64,000 bases of DNA from an uncultured Chloroflexia bacterium (GTDB lineage: Bacteria > Chloroflexota > Anaerolineae > Anaerolineales > UBA4823), in NCBI GenBank assembly GCA_963840255.1, contig CAWIYB010000005.1, positions 899,406 to 963,405 on the forward strand, in the 5' to 3' direction. The position numbers were made by a program, and so were the translations under genes. Shown one piece after another: positions 27,636 through 37,132 of the stretch; within the stretch, counting starts at the first letter, position 1, and each line of letters begins with the position of its first letter. The notes beneath the pieces were generated by a model, which saw nothing but the letters and a program-made list of their open reading frames with translations, was not told the origin of the DNA and ran no database searches.

Positions 27636-27758
27636 CTCTGATTGCATTCAAAAAATAATACAGAATAGTGAGCAGATCAAGATGGAAGGTTTGGAGAATT
27701 AAAAATCTGGTAATATTCACCTCTCAGGCATTCCTACCAGACTTTTAAAGGAGGCAGC

Positions 27759-28952
27759 ATGATCAGTCCTGATAAGATCGATGAATGGATCCGCGAGGTA
27801 GAAGAAAGACCGGCTTCAGCGGAGCTGATCATTCGCTATATTGCCAATCGACTAAGCGAGCTGGCAAGCCGGGAAGAAGAGCTGGCGGCACAAAATATCG
27901 AGCTGCTCAGCGGGAGAAAAGTGGAGGAATACGTGAGGCGGATTGCCAGCCTGGAATACCAGCTGGATCTGTTGAAGCGCCAGCTGGGGGGTGAAGTGGT
28001 GCTTCCGAGCGAAGCACCAGCCATCCCACCCGTTCAGGAGACCATCAGCATCGTGTTATACAACCCGCTGGGCAAGGTATTAAGGTTGGAAATGCCCCCT
28101 GAAGAGGTGGCTTCTTCACCCTCCATGGCAAATTTCATTGGTGAGGTTTGCCCAGACGGAGCTGTGCCAGCTGTGCTGGTCATCAATTCACAGGAAGAGC
28201 TGCTGTTTCTGTTCGATTCTGGGCGGACTGTGGCACACCCAGCCACCCTGCTGCCTTTATCAGATGCGGCTGACTTTGGGTGGAATGGAGCGTTTTTGGA
28301 AGAACCGCGCATCAAGGAGGAGCTGGCTGCCATCCAACCGATCGCTAAAATGCCACTGTATGAAATTTGCATCCAGGCCAGCCGCAAAGGGTACGTGAAG
28401 AAGATAAGGATGTCGTCCTTCACCTCACATTTAGCCGAGGATTACATCGGAACAGGGGTGAAAGTGCCGGCGGATAAAACCTGCGGGCTGACATTTGCCA
28501 ATAAAGATGGCCTATTTGTCCTGGTGAGCCAGGAGGGATACATCTTCAGCATGCAGCCAGAACACCTGCCTACAGCAATTGAAGAAGTTATCCGCCTGGG
28601 GATCACGGACCACATCGTGTCGGCATTCCTGGTTAACCGGGAGCCATCCATCCTGTTCATCACCCAAAATGGCAAAGCAGTGCACCGAGAAGCGAGCTGG
28701 TTAGAACCGGCCAACTCTTTCAAGTCTAGAGGTCAACCGATCCTCTCCAAGGAGAGACGCGAGGCGGGAATAAGGATCGTAGGAGCGGCTGCGGTGGATG
28801 AAACCGACTGGGGCGTGTTCCTGGAGACGGATGGGGCACTTAATGCCTGTATGGTGAAAGACCTTTTGGAGACCGGAAGGGTGCCATCAGGGCAGCCTTC
28901 ACCATCGATCGTGAGCTTTTCAACATTTCACCTGCCCGAGAGGCATGAATAG
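27759..28952 (+). CDS. coiled-coil protein with GyrA-C-terminal-like beta-pinwheel repeats, function unknown
   Basis: 397 aa. The N-terminal ~75 aa are heptad-like (ELASREEELAAQNIELLSGRKVEEYVRRIASLEYQLDLLKRQL). The rest carries blade-like segments resembling DNA gyrase A C-terminal repeats (SRKGYVKKIRMSSF, DGLFVLVSQEGYIFSM, SILFITQNGKAVHREASWL...SRGQPILS, GVFLETDGAL). Confidence 0.6.
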   Translation: MISPDKIDEWIREVEERPASAELIIRYIANRLSELASREEELAAQNIELLSGRKVEEYVRRIASLEYQLDLLKRQLGGEVVLPSEAPAIPPVQETISIVLYNPLGKVLRLEMPPEEVASSPSMANFIGEVCPDGAVPAVLVINSQEELLFLFDSGRTVAHPATLLPLSDAADFGWNGAFLEEPRIKEELAAIQPIAKMPLYEICIQASRKGYVKKIRMSSFTSHLAEDYIGTGVKVPADKTCGLTFANKDGLFVLVSQEGYIFSMQPEHLPTAIEEVIRLGITDHIVSAFLVNREPSILFITQNGKAVHREASWLEPANSFKSRGQPILSKERREAGIRIVGAAAVDETDWGVFLETDGALNACMVKDLLETGRVPSGQPSPSIVSFSTFHLPERHE

Positions 28953-28972
28953 CCTACCCATGAAAACCAGCA

Positions 28973-30316
28973 GTGGTGAGGAATAAAATGGGATTGAAGG
29001 TAGGAATTGACTTTGGGACTTCAAATTCAGGTGTAGCCATCTACCAGGACGGCGAAGTGCACGTCCTGCCCATCGATAATAAGAACATCGTGCCGGAAGT
29101 AGTCAAAACAATCCTGTATATCACTCGGGATTACAAGCATTTCATCGGGCAGGAAGCAGTGGAGAACTATTATAAGCATAACATCAACCGGCAGCGCCGT
29201 TTCGTCAAGAAATGGTCAGGCGAGATCGATTACACCGGCGCGGAGATGCACTACGTGCGCGATATATACGTCTATGTGGACGAGCTACAGCCGGGAAGAC
29301 TGCTGCAGTTTATCAAGACAGCATTGCGCTCGGAAAAATACCAGGGGACGCAGGTCTTTGAGCGGTATTACAACCTGACAGACATTATCACCAGCTATCT
29401 GCAGGCATTGAAGCAGCGGGCGGAGAATCTGCTCCAAGATGAGATAAGCACAGTAACCCTGGGAAGGCCGGTTAAATTCTCGCAGGATGCCGAGCAGGAT
29501 CTGAGAGCTCAAAACACCCTGCTACAGGCGGCAACCGAGGCCGGGTTTAGGCAGGTTGATTTCGAGCTCGAACCGGTAGCAGCAGCCCTGTATTATGAAA
29601 CCTCACTCAGCCGACCGCAAACCGTGCTGATATTCGACTTTGGCGGCGGGACGCTCGACCTGACCATCATGCGGTTGGGCGACCCAAAACACCGGGAGGT
29701 GTATGCCAGCGGAGGTATCAGCATTGCCGGTAGCGACTTCGACCGAATGATCGTCCAAAAACGCATGCTGGCGCACTTCGGCAAAGGGTTGGTGCAGCAC
29801 GACCCAGAAATCCTCAACCTGATCCAAACTATCCCAGATTGGTCAGCCCTGCCCGAGCTATCGACGCCGCGCGCCAAAGCCGCGCTGGAAGAAGCGATCC
29901 AGAAAGGGGTTGCACCGGTCAGGCTGAAAGCGCTCGAATCCTTGATTTTTAATGACCTGGCCTTCTCCTTCTACAACATGGTGGAAGCGACCAAGATCAC
30001 ATTATCAAGCCGGGGAGTAGCGATTGCCAGGATGAAGGAAAAAGACCTGGATATATGGGAATTGTACACGCGCTGCCAGTTTGAAAAAGACATCCTGGAA
30101 TTCCGCAACCAGATTGAACAAGTGTTAATGGAGACGGTCAGTGCATCGGGGATGGAACCGGGAGAGATCGATGCAGTCGTCAAGACCGGTGGATCGTCCA
30201 ACATCCCGCTATTCTCCGACATGCTGGTAAGGATCTTCGGAGTGGAAAAGGTGAAAGCGTCGGATGTGTTCAACAGTGTGGCGGGAGGACTGGCGATCAG
30301 AGCCCATCAAGGGTAA
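28973..30316 (+). CDS. Hsp70-family actin-like ATPase without substrate-binding domain (YegD-like)
   Basis: 447 aa. Phosphate-1 motif GIDFGTSNSGVA, EPVAAALYYE, phosphate-2 IFDFGGGTLDLTI, and adenosine motif VKTGGSSNIPLF. The length and absence of a peptide-binding domain match E. coli YegD as I recall it. An ATG alternative (MGLKVGIDFG) is at 28988. Confidence 0.75.
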   Translation: MVRNKMGLKVGIDFGTSNSGVAIYQDGEVHVLPIDNKNIVPEVVKTILYITRDYKHFIGQEAVENYYKHNINRQRRFVKKWSGEIDYTGAEMHYVRDIYVYVDELQPGRLLQFIKTALRSEKYQGTQVFERYYNLTDIITSYLQALKQRAENLLQDEISTVTLGRPVKFSQDAEQDLRAQNTLLQAATEAGFRQVDFELEPVAAALYYETSLSRPQTVLIFDFGGGTLDLTIMRLGDPKHREVYASGGISIAGSDFDRMIVQKRMLAHFGKGLVQHDPEILNLIQTIPDWSALPELSTPRAKAALEEAIQKGVAPVRLKALESLIFNDLAFSFYNMVEATKITLSSRGVAIARMKEKDLDIWELYTRCQFEKDILEFRNQIEQVLMETVSASGMEPGEIDAVVKTGGSSNIPLFSDMLVRIFGVEKVKASDVFNSVAGGLAIRAHQG

Positions 30317-30465
30317 CCGCCCACCAGCAATCTGCATTAACTCTTATATCTCATAAAACATTTATCCTCTCCGATCATCTCAAACGTTATAATCCAAAAG
30401 ATTTGATCTATCAGGCACCTGGTCTCGATAATTGGTCCAGGGAAACTTTCAGGAATGAGGGATAT

Positions 30466-30933
30466 ATGGTGAAAAAACCAGATTTTGACCTACAAGCTGC
30501 CCACAAATACTTTTCAGCAGAATGTTTCAACCGGGCATGGGATTATATCGATAAAGCTGTGCGTACCAGCGAGGAAGATGACAGGATGCTCCAATTGAGC
30601 CTGGCGTCGCTGTGGCACTGGACGCAAAGAGAGGACTGCACCCCCACCAATCTATCGGTGGGATACTGGCAGGTAGCGAGGGTTTACGCTCTCTTGCAGC
30701 GGGCGGACCCGTCAAGGCATTACGGGCAACTATGCCTGGAGGCTGCTCGAGGCGAGGGCGTATTACCCTTCTATCGCGGCTATGCTTACGAAGCCCTGGC
30801 TCGAGCAGAACGCGTGGCAGGCAACGTGGACGAGATGGAAAAATTCCTCGTCCAGGCGCACCAGGTGGCAGCAACCCTGCCTGACCCAGAAGAAAAGAAA
30901 GCACTTTTAAAAGACCTGGCTACCATCCGCTAG
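30466..30933 (+). CDS. hypothetical protein (helical-repeat-like)
   Basis: The ORF track starts at TTG 30403. I prefer ATG 30466 (MVKKPDFDLQAAHKYFSAECFNRAWDYIDK...) because GAGGG sits 5 nt upstream. No family assignment. Confidence 0.55.
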   Translation: MVKKPDFDLQAAHKYFSAECFNRAWDYIDKAVRTSEEDDRMLQLSLASLWHWTQREDCTPTNLSVGYWQVARVYALLQRADPSRHYGQLCLEAARGEGVLPFYRGYAYEALARAERVAGNVDEMEKFLVQAHQVAATLPDPEEKKALLKDLATIR

Positions 30934-31118
30934 CCTGCAGCCCACAGCCTAACATGGGAGATGTTTTGCCTAACAAAGAAGGGTGCAGGGGTAGAACTTT
31001 ACATTCTAATGTGAAATCCCAGCATGTGCTCCTGGTGATGGCACTGGATAATATACTCAGGTAATTTTATACAGCGCGAAGCCTTTCCGCTGTACTTAAG
31101 CAGGGTTACAATCTCAGC

Positions 31119-34100
31119 ATGGGATTCGTCCACCTGCATACCCACTCATATTATTCCTTTCTGCGCGGTTTGCCATCTCCTGGAGAGCTGGCAACTACTG
31201 CAGCAAATGTGGGAATGACAGCTTTGGCGTTAACCGACCATCACTGCCTGAGCGGGGCAGTCGAGTTCCAGGATGCCTGTCTGCATGCAGGGATCAAGCC
31301 CATCCTGGGTTTGGAAGTGGAGACAGCACCTCCACAAAAAATGGAAACTGCCGGCGCTGGCTCATTGATCCTGCTGGCGAAGGATATGGCTGGATGGCGC
31401 AGCCTGTGCCGGATCAGCAGCTCACTCAGCGAAGATAACGATGTGCTGCCCTTCGACAGGCTGGCGCATGAAAGCGACGGATTGATCTGTCTCAGCGGGG
31501 GAAGGAGAGGATTGCTCGCCAGGTTGGTGGCTTCACAACAGCGCCAAATGGCAGAAAACTGGGCTGCACAGCTCAGCGAGCTTTTCGATGAACGCATATA
31601 CATTGAGCTGCAGAACCATGCCGCCGAAGACCTCGAGTTATGTGTCAGCCTGACCACACTGGCTCACCGGCTGCACCTGCCTACCGTCGCCACCCACGAT
31701 GTGCATTACCTGACCGCAGAGCAGGCACACCTGCAGCAAGTACAGACAGCCATCCGGCTGATCCAACCGCTTAAAGAGCTTAAGCCTGCAATGACTGCCC
31801 CTGCTCAGGCTGAATTTATCAGCCCAAGTGGAATGGCAGAACGAATGCCGAACTTTCCGCAGGCTATCGAGGCCACGCAGGAGATTGCCTCACGCTGCCA
31901 GCTGGAGCTGCCATTGGGTGTGCTGCACTTCCCGGAAATCACCCTATCAGCCGGGATAAGCAGCCAGGAATTGCTGCACCAAAAAGCACAAGCTGGAGCG
32001 GCCAGGCTGTACGGAAAAATCTCACCAGACATACAAGCCCGTCTGGAGCATGAGTTAGCGGTGATTGGGGAATACGGGTATACCTCCCTGTTCCTGATCG
32101 TGGAAGAAATCTTGAACTTCGCCCGCCGGGAGGGGATCCCATTCTCGTCACGCGGCTCTGCGGGGTCATCCCTGGTTGCGCACTGCCTGGGGATCACATC
32201 TCCAGACCCGATCCGGCTAAACCTGTATTTTGAGCGCTTCCTCAACCCGGCGCGGGCGACCCCACCGGATATCGATACCGACCTATGTTCACGGAGAAGA
32301 GATGAGGTGATCCGTTTCGTCTACCAGCGATTCGGGGAAGACCGGGTGGCAACTGTATGCACCATCAACCGCTTCCGCAGCCGGTCAGCACTGCGTGAGG
32401 TGGCAAAGGCGTATGGGCTGCCGACTGATGAAGTCAGCCGCCTGGCAGACAGCCTGCCATACCGCTGGTTCGGCCCGTCCAAGCGGGGAAGCAGCCAGGA
32501 TGATCCATTCAGCGAGTTAAGTGAGCGGTACCGTTCTCCAACCCACCAGGCAATTTTCAAAGATGCGGCAGCGTTAATCGGACTTCCACACCACCTTTCC
32601 GTCCACCCAGGCGGGGTGGTGATAAGCCCGGGACCCCTGACCGACCTGGCACCCACCCAGGTAGCAAACAAAGGGGTGGTCATCACCCAATTCGACCTGG
32701 AATCGATTGAACGCCTGGGACTGGTCAAGATTGATTTATTGGGTATCAGGGGATTGACCGTATTAGGTGACGTGGTTGAGATTATCGCCAAGGAACAACC
32801 ACCAGAGAACCTGCATCCAGAGAACTCCATACTGACCGAGATCCTGGAAACCATCCCCCGAGAAGACCCGGCAGTCAGCCAGATGTTGAGCCAGGGACGG
32901 ACTATCGGCTGTTTCCAGATTGAAAGCCCAGGGATGCGTGCCACGCTCAAGGAGGTCAAAGCCAGCAGCGTGGATGACCTGATGGTGGCGCTGTCACTAT
33001 ACCGGCCGGGGCCACTCACTGGCGGCCTGAAGGATGCATTTGTGAGGCGACACCTGGGTAAGGAAGCGACCGAGCACCTGCACCCAGCAGTAAGCTCGCT
33101 GCTGGAAGACACGTACGGCGTCATCCTGTACCAGGAACAAGTGCTGCGGATCGCCCACGAGCTGGCAGGTTTCAGCCTGGCTGATGCCGACCTGCTGCGC
33201 AGGGCAATGTCACACTTCGACCCGGGTAAACAGATGCAGGCACTGCAGGAGAAATTTGTGTTGGGGGCATGGGAGAGGGGCAAGGTTCCCGAAGATATCG
33301 CCAACCGCATATGGGAATTGATGGCAGCGTTTGCGGGGTACGGGTTCCCGAAAGCCCACGCTGCTTCCTATGCCCAGGTGAGCTGGCGTTCAGCCTGGTG
33401 CAAGACCCATTACCCGGCATTTTTCATGGCAGCAGTATTGGCGAACTGGGGAGGCTATTACAGCCAGAGGGTTTATATGAATGAAGCCCGCCGCCTGGGA
33501 TTAAGACTGCGCCCACCCGAGATCAACCATGCGGAGCGAGAATTCAGTGTGAAGGTGCTGGACCGAGAAGCGGTGCTGTTCATGGGGCTGGACCAGGTGC
33601 GTGAACTGACCCAACGCACACAATCTGCCATTACCCGCAAGCGCCCATTCAGCTCGTTTGGTGATTTCCTAACGAGGGTGGACCCACGCCCAGTGGAAGT
33701 GGAAAACCTGGTGAGGGTGGGTGCGTTGGAAAGCTTCGGCAGCATCCCGAGCTTGCTCCACCAGATTGAACATGAAGGTTGGCAAGGTGGGCAGCTTTCC
33801 TTGTTTGCCCTGGGTGAGAGTGATGAGGAAGACTGGGATCTGGCTCAAAAAGTGGCGGCACAGGAGGAAATCCTGGGAACGGGCGTCGTTGCTCACCCGT
33901 TAGAGCTGGCAGAGACGAAAATTAGCGCAGCAGGTGCGCTCAGTACGGTGGAAGCGGCGGCACGGTTGGAGCAGCACGTGCGCGTGGCGGGCATGCGCCA
34001 AATTTGGAGGCGCAGCATCACCACGCGCGGGGATTACATCTATTTTATGTCACTGGAAGACCTGGAAGGAATGCTCGACGTAGTGATCACAGCGGAAGTT

Positions 34101-34220
34101 TACCGGCACTCAAGAGCAGCCTTAGCCACTGCCGGACCTTACGTGGTGGAGGGATTGGTGAACCTGGACAGCCAACGCGGGGAGCCATTCATCCGGGCGG
34201 AGAAGATCTGGGAGCTTTAG
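31119..34220 (+). CDS. dnaE: DNA polymerase III alpha subunit, DnaE family (short form, ends at the OB fold)
   Basis: 1033 aa. N-terminal PHP domain (GFVHLHTHSYYSFLRG, ALTDHHCLSGAVEF), palm/fingers blocks (PDIDTDLCSRRRDEV, HPGGVVIS, GLVKIDLLGIRGLT, LYRPGP, GYGFPKAHAASYA), and a C-terminal OB-like segment. Confidence 0.85.
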   Translation: MGFVHLHTHSYYSFLRGLPSPGELATTAANVGMTALALTDHHCLSGAVEFQDACLHAGIKPILGLEVETAPPQKMETAGAGSLILLAKDMAGWRSLCRISSSLSEDNDVLPFDRLAHESDGLICLSGGRRGLLARLVASQQRQMAENWAAQLSELFDERIYIELQNHAAEDLELCVSLTTLAHRLHLPTVATHDVHYLTAEQAHLQQVQTAIRLIQPLKELKPAMTAPAQAEFISPSGMAERMPNFPQAIEATQEIASRCQLELPLGVLHFPEITLSAGISSQELLHQKAQAGAARLYGKISPDIQARLEHELAVIGEYGYTSLFLIVEEILNFARREGIPFSSRGSAGSSLVAHCLGITSPDPIRLNLYFERFLNPARATPPDIDTDLCSRRRDEVIRFVYQRFGEDRVATVCTINRFRSRSALREVAKAYGLPTDEVSRLADSLPYRWFGPSKRGSSQDDPFSELSERYRSPTHQAIFKDAAALIGLPHHLSVHPGGVVISPGPLTDLAPTQVANKGVVITQFDLESIERLGLVKIDLLGIRGLTVLGDVVEIIAKEQPPENLHPENSILTEILETIPREDPAVSQMLSQGRTIGCFQIESPGMRATLKEVKASSVDDLMVALSLYRPGPLTGGLKDAFVRRHLGKEATEHLHPAVSSLLEDTYGVILYQEQVLRIAHELAGFSLADADLLRRAMSHFDPGKQMQALQEKFVLGAWERGKVPEDIANRIWELMAAFAGYGFPKAHAASYAQVSWRSAWCKTHYPAFFMAAVLANWGGYYSQRVYMNEARRLGLRLRPPEINHAEREFSVKVLDREAVLFMGLDQVRELTQRTQSAITRKRPFSSFGDFLTRVDPRPVEVENLVRVGALESFGSIPSLLHQIEHEGWQGGQLSLFALGESDEEDWDLAQKVAAQEEILGTGVVAHPLELAETKISAAGALSTVEAAARLEQHVRVAGMRQIWRRSITTRGDYIYFMSLEDLEGMLDVVITAEVYRHSRAALATAGPYVVEGLVNLDSQRGEPFIRAEKIWEL

Positions 34221-34444
34221 TAATCCCATTTTCCCCAGCTTAAATTGGTTGTAATACCTCACCGATTGATAATTAACCTCAACGCGTTCAAAAGGGGATC
34301 CCCCTACCTCCTCCCCCAAAAACATGTTATTAGGGGAGGAGAAATGCGGTAATGATTGTGATTTGGTCGAAACAAGTATCGCTAGCTACTCTATAAGTCC
34401 TCGACCATTTTCACATAGGTGAAAGAAAAAAAACAATCGATCCA

Positions 34445-36283
34445 TCAGACCCAGCTCCACTGGCGAGAAGGATAGATAGCCAGCATGAGGAATAAAAATG
34501 CCAGGCAGATTCCTGCTGCCAACATCAGCATGATGGTGATTGGCTGCCACGTTATCGTCCTGCTTACCGGTTGGCTGAGGGGAACACTAAAGTCAGTATA
34601 GACATCGAATTGTCCGGTACGTTGTACCACCACTTTAATATCCCACTGATCTGGCATGCTCAGATAGCCCCCTCTTAGAGAATAAACCCCATTACCCGCA
34701 TTGGTTAAAGCAGCCTTGCTGTCTGGCATCATGCCAGACTTGGAGGAGATTTCCAGGGATACATCCTTGGCATCCGTGACCGGCTGACCGCTGGAAGTGA
34801 TCTTGGTGGTAAACGTGTTCATTCCAGGATAACCTGGGGCGATGTTCAAGTAAATTTTGAGATCATTCGCCGTGGTGGTCTTGGAGTAGCCTGAGGCGGT
34901 TGCTCCTGACCTTGCAGGCGGGAGGGTGGTAAGAACGCTCGCCAGGATCAAGACGACCAACCCCAGGACCACCTCTGCGGTGAGCAGCCGACGAAACAAT
35001 TGGACTAATTTGAGGTTTCCATCGGATTGTTGCGCGGATCTTTTCATCCACCGGGTAGTCACCAGGAAGTGGAATGCACCCAGCGCGAGCATGGGGGCAA
35101 TGACCAGAAGCTTCAAGAGCAGCACCCGACCGTAAGTTGTATCGATCAGCGATGCAACAGGTCCGATACGCAAATAAGCCGAGTAAATCCCGGTGAGTGC
35201 CAGGACGCCCACGCTGCTCATGGCGATGATTGTAAAATGAGGGATTAGAATGGAGGTCAGGTTGGTGCGAAGGTTGGGAGCCAGCCGGTTAATCGACCCC
35301 ATTGCACCCAGGAAAGAGATCAACCCTCCCACCCAGATCGATATAGCCGCAAAGTGGAGCAAATCAAACAGGATGGGAAGGGTTGGAAGCGGCTCGGATG
35401 CAGCGTGACTTTCCAGGCTAAAGGTGAGCAATAGTAAGGGGCAGATTGCGAGAGCAAGATAACGATTCCAGCTGGTTGCCTTGGGGAGAAGTAACCCGGC
35501 GAGGATAAATGTCAAGCCCAGCCTGGCGATGGTAAGGGCACCGAAACGAGTATTCAACAACACAGTCATAAAATTAGGCTGCCAGGGCCAGCCAACCAGG
35601 TGTCCACTCACCTGGCCGGCTTGAGCAAATAGACTGAGCACATCCGTGATCATCAGCAGGACCAGGGCACTCAAGATCAACTGGTGTGAAAACCTTTCAT
35701 AGTCAGGCAGATCGCTAAGGTTAATATCTGCTTTTCTCAAAGAAGGTTTCCACACCAGGAGAAGGAACAGCAAGGCACCGACGATCGTGGCGGAGGATAG
35801 ATAGAGCAGCGCCTTGGTGAAGACGAGACCGCCCATAAAAGGACTGGCAGGTGTTGCTTGGGCACCTGTCATCGAAACCATCGCCATATTGCCGACTGCA
35901 AATGGGTAAGACCCGGTGGTCTGATGACCATCGGTGGCGGATACGGCTGTCCATGCCACAGAATAAATCCCATCACCCAGCGTGGTGAGAGATACGAGCA
36001 TGTGGGTCGCATCAGAAGGATCAAGATGCGCATTTCCGGCATCCATGCGATTCCCATTTGTGTCCATGACGCTTATTTTGCTTAGATTAGGATCGACAGC
36101 TTCACTGAAGAACAGCTCAACCTGTGAAGGAGGAGTGGTGAGGGTGGCATTATCAGCAGGAATAGAGCTGACCAAAAGAGCATGCGCTCGCGCCGGAGTA
36201 ACTCCAATCCCCAAAAGCAGGATGATCAGAAGAAAAAATTTCACCGCGTGGATGCGTTTCATTACCCTGTGCTCCTGTGTCAT
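34445..36283 (-). CDS. copper resistance/uptake protein, CopC-CopD fusion (YcnJ-like) with an extra C-terminal extracytoplasmic domain
   Basis: 612 aa. After the signal peptide ...VTPARA the mature end is HALLVSSIPADNATLTTPPSQVELFFSEAVDP (CopC fold). About 8 TM helices of CopD type follow, then a ~110-aa domain and a final TM. Confidence 0.8.
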   Translation of the reverse strand: MTQEHRVMKRIHAVKFFLLIILLLGIGVTPARAHALLVSSIPADNATLTTPPSQVELFFSEAVDPNLSKISVMDTNGNRMDAGNAHLDPSDATHMLVSLTTLGDGIYSVAWTAVSATDGHQTTGSYPFAVGNMAMVSMTGAQATPASPFMGGLVFTKALLYLSSATIVGALLFLLLVWKPSLRKADINLSDLPDYERFSHQLILSALVLLMITDVLSLFAQAGQVSGHLVGWPWQPNFMTVLLNTRFGALTIARLGLTFILAGLLLPKATSWNRYLALAICPLLLLTFSLESHAASEPLPTLPILFDLLHFAAISIWVGGLISFLGAMGSINRLAPNLRTNLTSILIPHFTIIAMSSVGVLALTGIYSAYLRIGPVASLIDTTYGRVLLLKLLVIAPMLALGAFHFLVTTRWMKRSAQQSDGNLKLVQLFRRLLTAEVVLGLVVLILASVLTTLPPARSGATASGYSKTTTANDLKIYLNIAPGYPGMNTFTTKITSSGQPVTDAKDVSLEISSKSGMMPDSKAALTNAGNGVYSLRGGYLSMPDQWDIKVVVQRTGQFDVYTDFSVPLSQPVSRTITWQPITIMLMLAAGICLAFLFLMLAIYPSRQWSWV

Positions 36284-36288
36284 TATTT

Positions 36289-36879
36289 CTAAGCAGGTTT
36301 GCGATTGAGTGCAACCAACCCGACCACGATCCCACTTAAACCGAACACAATACCAACAATCCCTAACCAGCCTGCCAGGCCTAAACTTCCAGACGAGCTG
36401 GTTGTCTGGGTAGAAGTTGGGACTGGGAATTGAACGACATCGGCAGTCTTTACTTCTTCAGGCTGTACATCGGTATTGAAGGTAGTCGTGCCAATATTCC
36501 CGCCCAGATGAATGTTATAGACTCCGGGGAGCATGGGCGTCATTGGAGCAACAAATTGACCTGGAGTATCCTCACCCAGAGGTTGTAAGGTGAGAACCTT
36601 GGTCTCGGAACCGAAGGATGCCGAGATTTGTAACCCCGATGTATCGATCTCAGATGATGCAGAATTTGTCGAGCTGATATTCGAAGTGATGTTTATGACC
36701 ACAGCATTCGACTGAGCCTCGATGGCTGGCTCATTTACCCAGCCGTATTCGACGGCATAGTCGCCGACAATGATGGTTTGATGAGCTAAAGCAACCTGGG
36801 CAATTAGCAGGATTCCCAGCAAGACACCAAGGATTACTGCCAACTTTATGATGGACGTTTTCTTAACGTTCACTTTCAT
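36289..36879 (-). CDS. exported beta-rich protein with C-terminal membrane anchor (YcnI-like architecture)
   Basis: 196 aa. The signal peptide ends ...AQVALA, followed by HQTIIVGDYAVEYGW, and there is a C-terminal TM (GWLGIVGIVFGLSGIVVGLVAL). It ends 5 nt before copCD starts. Homology to YcnI/DUF1775 is not established, only the architecture and context. Confidence 0.45.
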   Translation of the reverse strand: MKVNVKKTSIIKLAVILGVLLGILLIAQVALAHQTIIVGDYAVEYGWVNEPAIEAQSNAVVINITSNISSTNSASSEIDTSGLQISASFGSETKVLTLQPLGEDTPGQFVAPMTPMLPGVYNIHLGGNIGTTTFNTDVQPEEVKTADVVQFPVPTSTQTTSSSGSLGLAGWLGIVGIVFGLSGIVVGLVALNRKPA

Positions 36880-36935
36880 ATCCGCCTCCTTATATTGGTT
36901 TGGTTCAAATTATATTACACTGTTTAGAGTCTGGT

Positions 36936-36963
36936 GGGAGGCTGGTTTCTCAACCAGCCTCCC
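36936..36963. terminator. perfect 10-bp GC-rich hairpin downstream of the giant oxidase gene
   Basis: GGGAGGCTGG-tttctcaa-CCAGCCTCCC lies ~170 nt after the MCO stop (37133) and ~60 nt upstream of the 36879 start. No U-tract follows on the minus strand. Confidence 0.35.
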
Positions 36964-37132
36964 CTTTGGATGTCCCCAACTTATTTTATTTCAGGATTAT
37001 CTCCCAGGGTATCCAGGAGCTGCCCTTGGTATCCCACCTTCGGTTTCCATCAGCCAGAAACCCTGGGAGTTATTTTGAACCTAATACATCTTGTCTAAGA
37101 TCAATTCGTTATCCTCCATACCATAACCAGGC

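Noticed and set aside
34290-34341. Hairpins between dnaE and copCD (AGGGGA/TCCCCT; CTCCTCCCC-N16-GGGGAGGAG) as a bidirectional terminator
   Set aside because: The stems are real, but the 16-nt loop is large and neither side has a U-tract. I noted it as plausible, but it is too weak to annotate.
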